From: Lytechinus pictus
Lineage: Eukaryota
NCBI RefSeq assembly: GCF_037042905.1
Contig: NC_087248.1
Location: 14,756,001-14,820,000 of the forward strand
DNA length: 64,000 bases
Reading direction: 5' to 3'
Translations under genes and position numbers: made by a program
The notes under the pieces: generated by a model
The model's input: only the letters and a program-made list of their open reading frames with translations
Told to the model about the DNA's origin: nothing
Database searches by the model: none
In this document: positions 63,862-64,000 of the stretch, piece by piece
Position numbering within the stretch: position 1 is the first letter of the stretch
Layout: each line of letters starts with the position of its first letter

Positions 63862-64000
63862 GGAGGCACGATAGCTCAGTCGGTACAGCGGGGGATTCGG
63901 ATTCCGTTGACAAGGGTTCGATTCCCACTTGGTGCGCTAGTGCCCTTTGGTAAGGCATTTATCCTCATTACCAGGTCCCTCAGAGAGGACCTTAAGCTGT
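63862..64000 (+). mobile_element. tRNA-derived SINE, third family, cut by the window end
   Basis: A box TAGCTCAGTCGG 63872-63883, B box GGTTCGATTCC 63915-63925, followed by ggtaaggcatttatcctc; no acceptor stem. Confidence 0.85.

Overview
AT-rich, repeat-dense eukaryotic genomic DNA, most likely from a sea urchin. That assignment is an inference from the SINE, MITE and Helentron-type families and from an echinoid-type 2A-like peptide. There is no prokaryotic operon, rRNA, true tRNA or CRISPR array, and almost all ORFs in the supplied track are low-complexity or repeat artefacts. One large + strand gene can be reconstructed from three in-frame GT-AG exons (33716-33879, 52664-52707, 62246-62398). 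They encode an unidentified basic then Ser/Gly-rich N-terminus (MSNVRIKRYLPAVRR...KKKRSLSLKGILK...), and the gene continues beyond the window. The rest is intronic or upstream DNA packed with non-autonomous transposons (hAT, Kolobok, PIF/Harbinger-group, CACTA-like, Helentron-associated HINEs), tRNA-derived SINEs, LINE fragments, micro- and minisatellites, and two assembly gaps. The most unusual observation is two unrelated Crypton-like element families that share ATTATA...TATAAT ends, a ~165-nt terminal hairpin and an internal site complementary to both termini. Also notable are a LINE relic with a 2A-like ribosome-skipping motif, a five-element nested transposon stack, and TE families carrying RFX X-box and nuclear-receptor DR1 motifs. 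All coordinates and identities were read by eye, and family assignments rest on terminal structure, not database searches.
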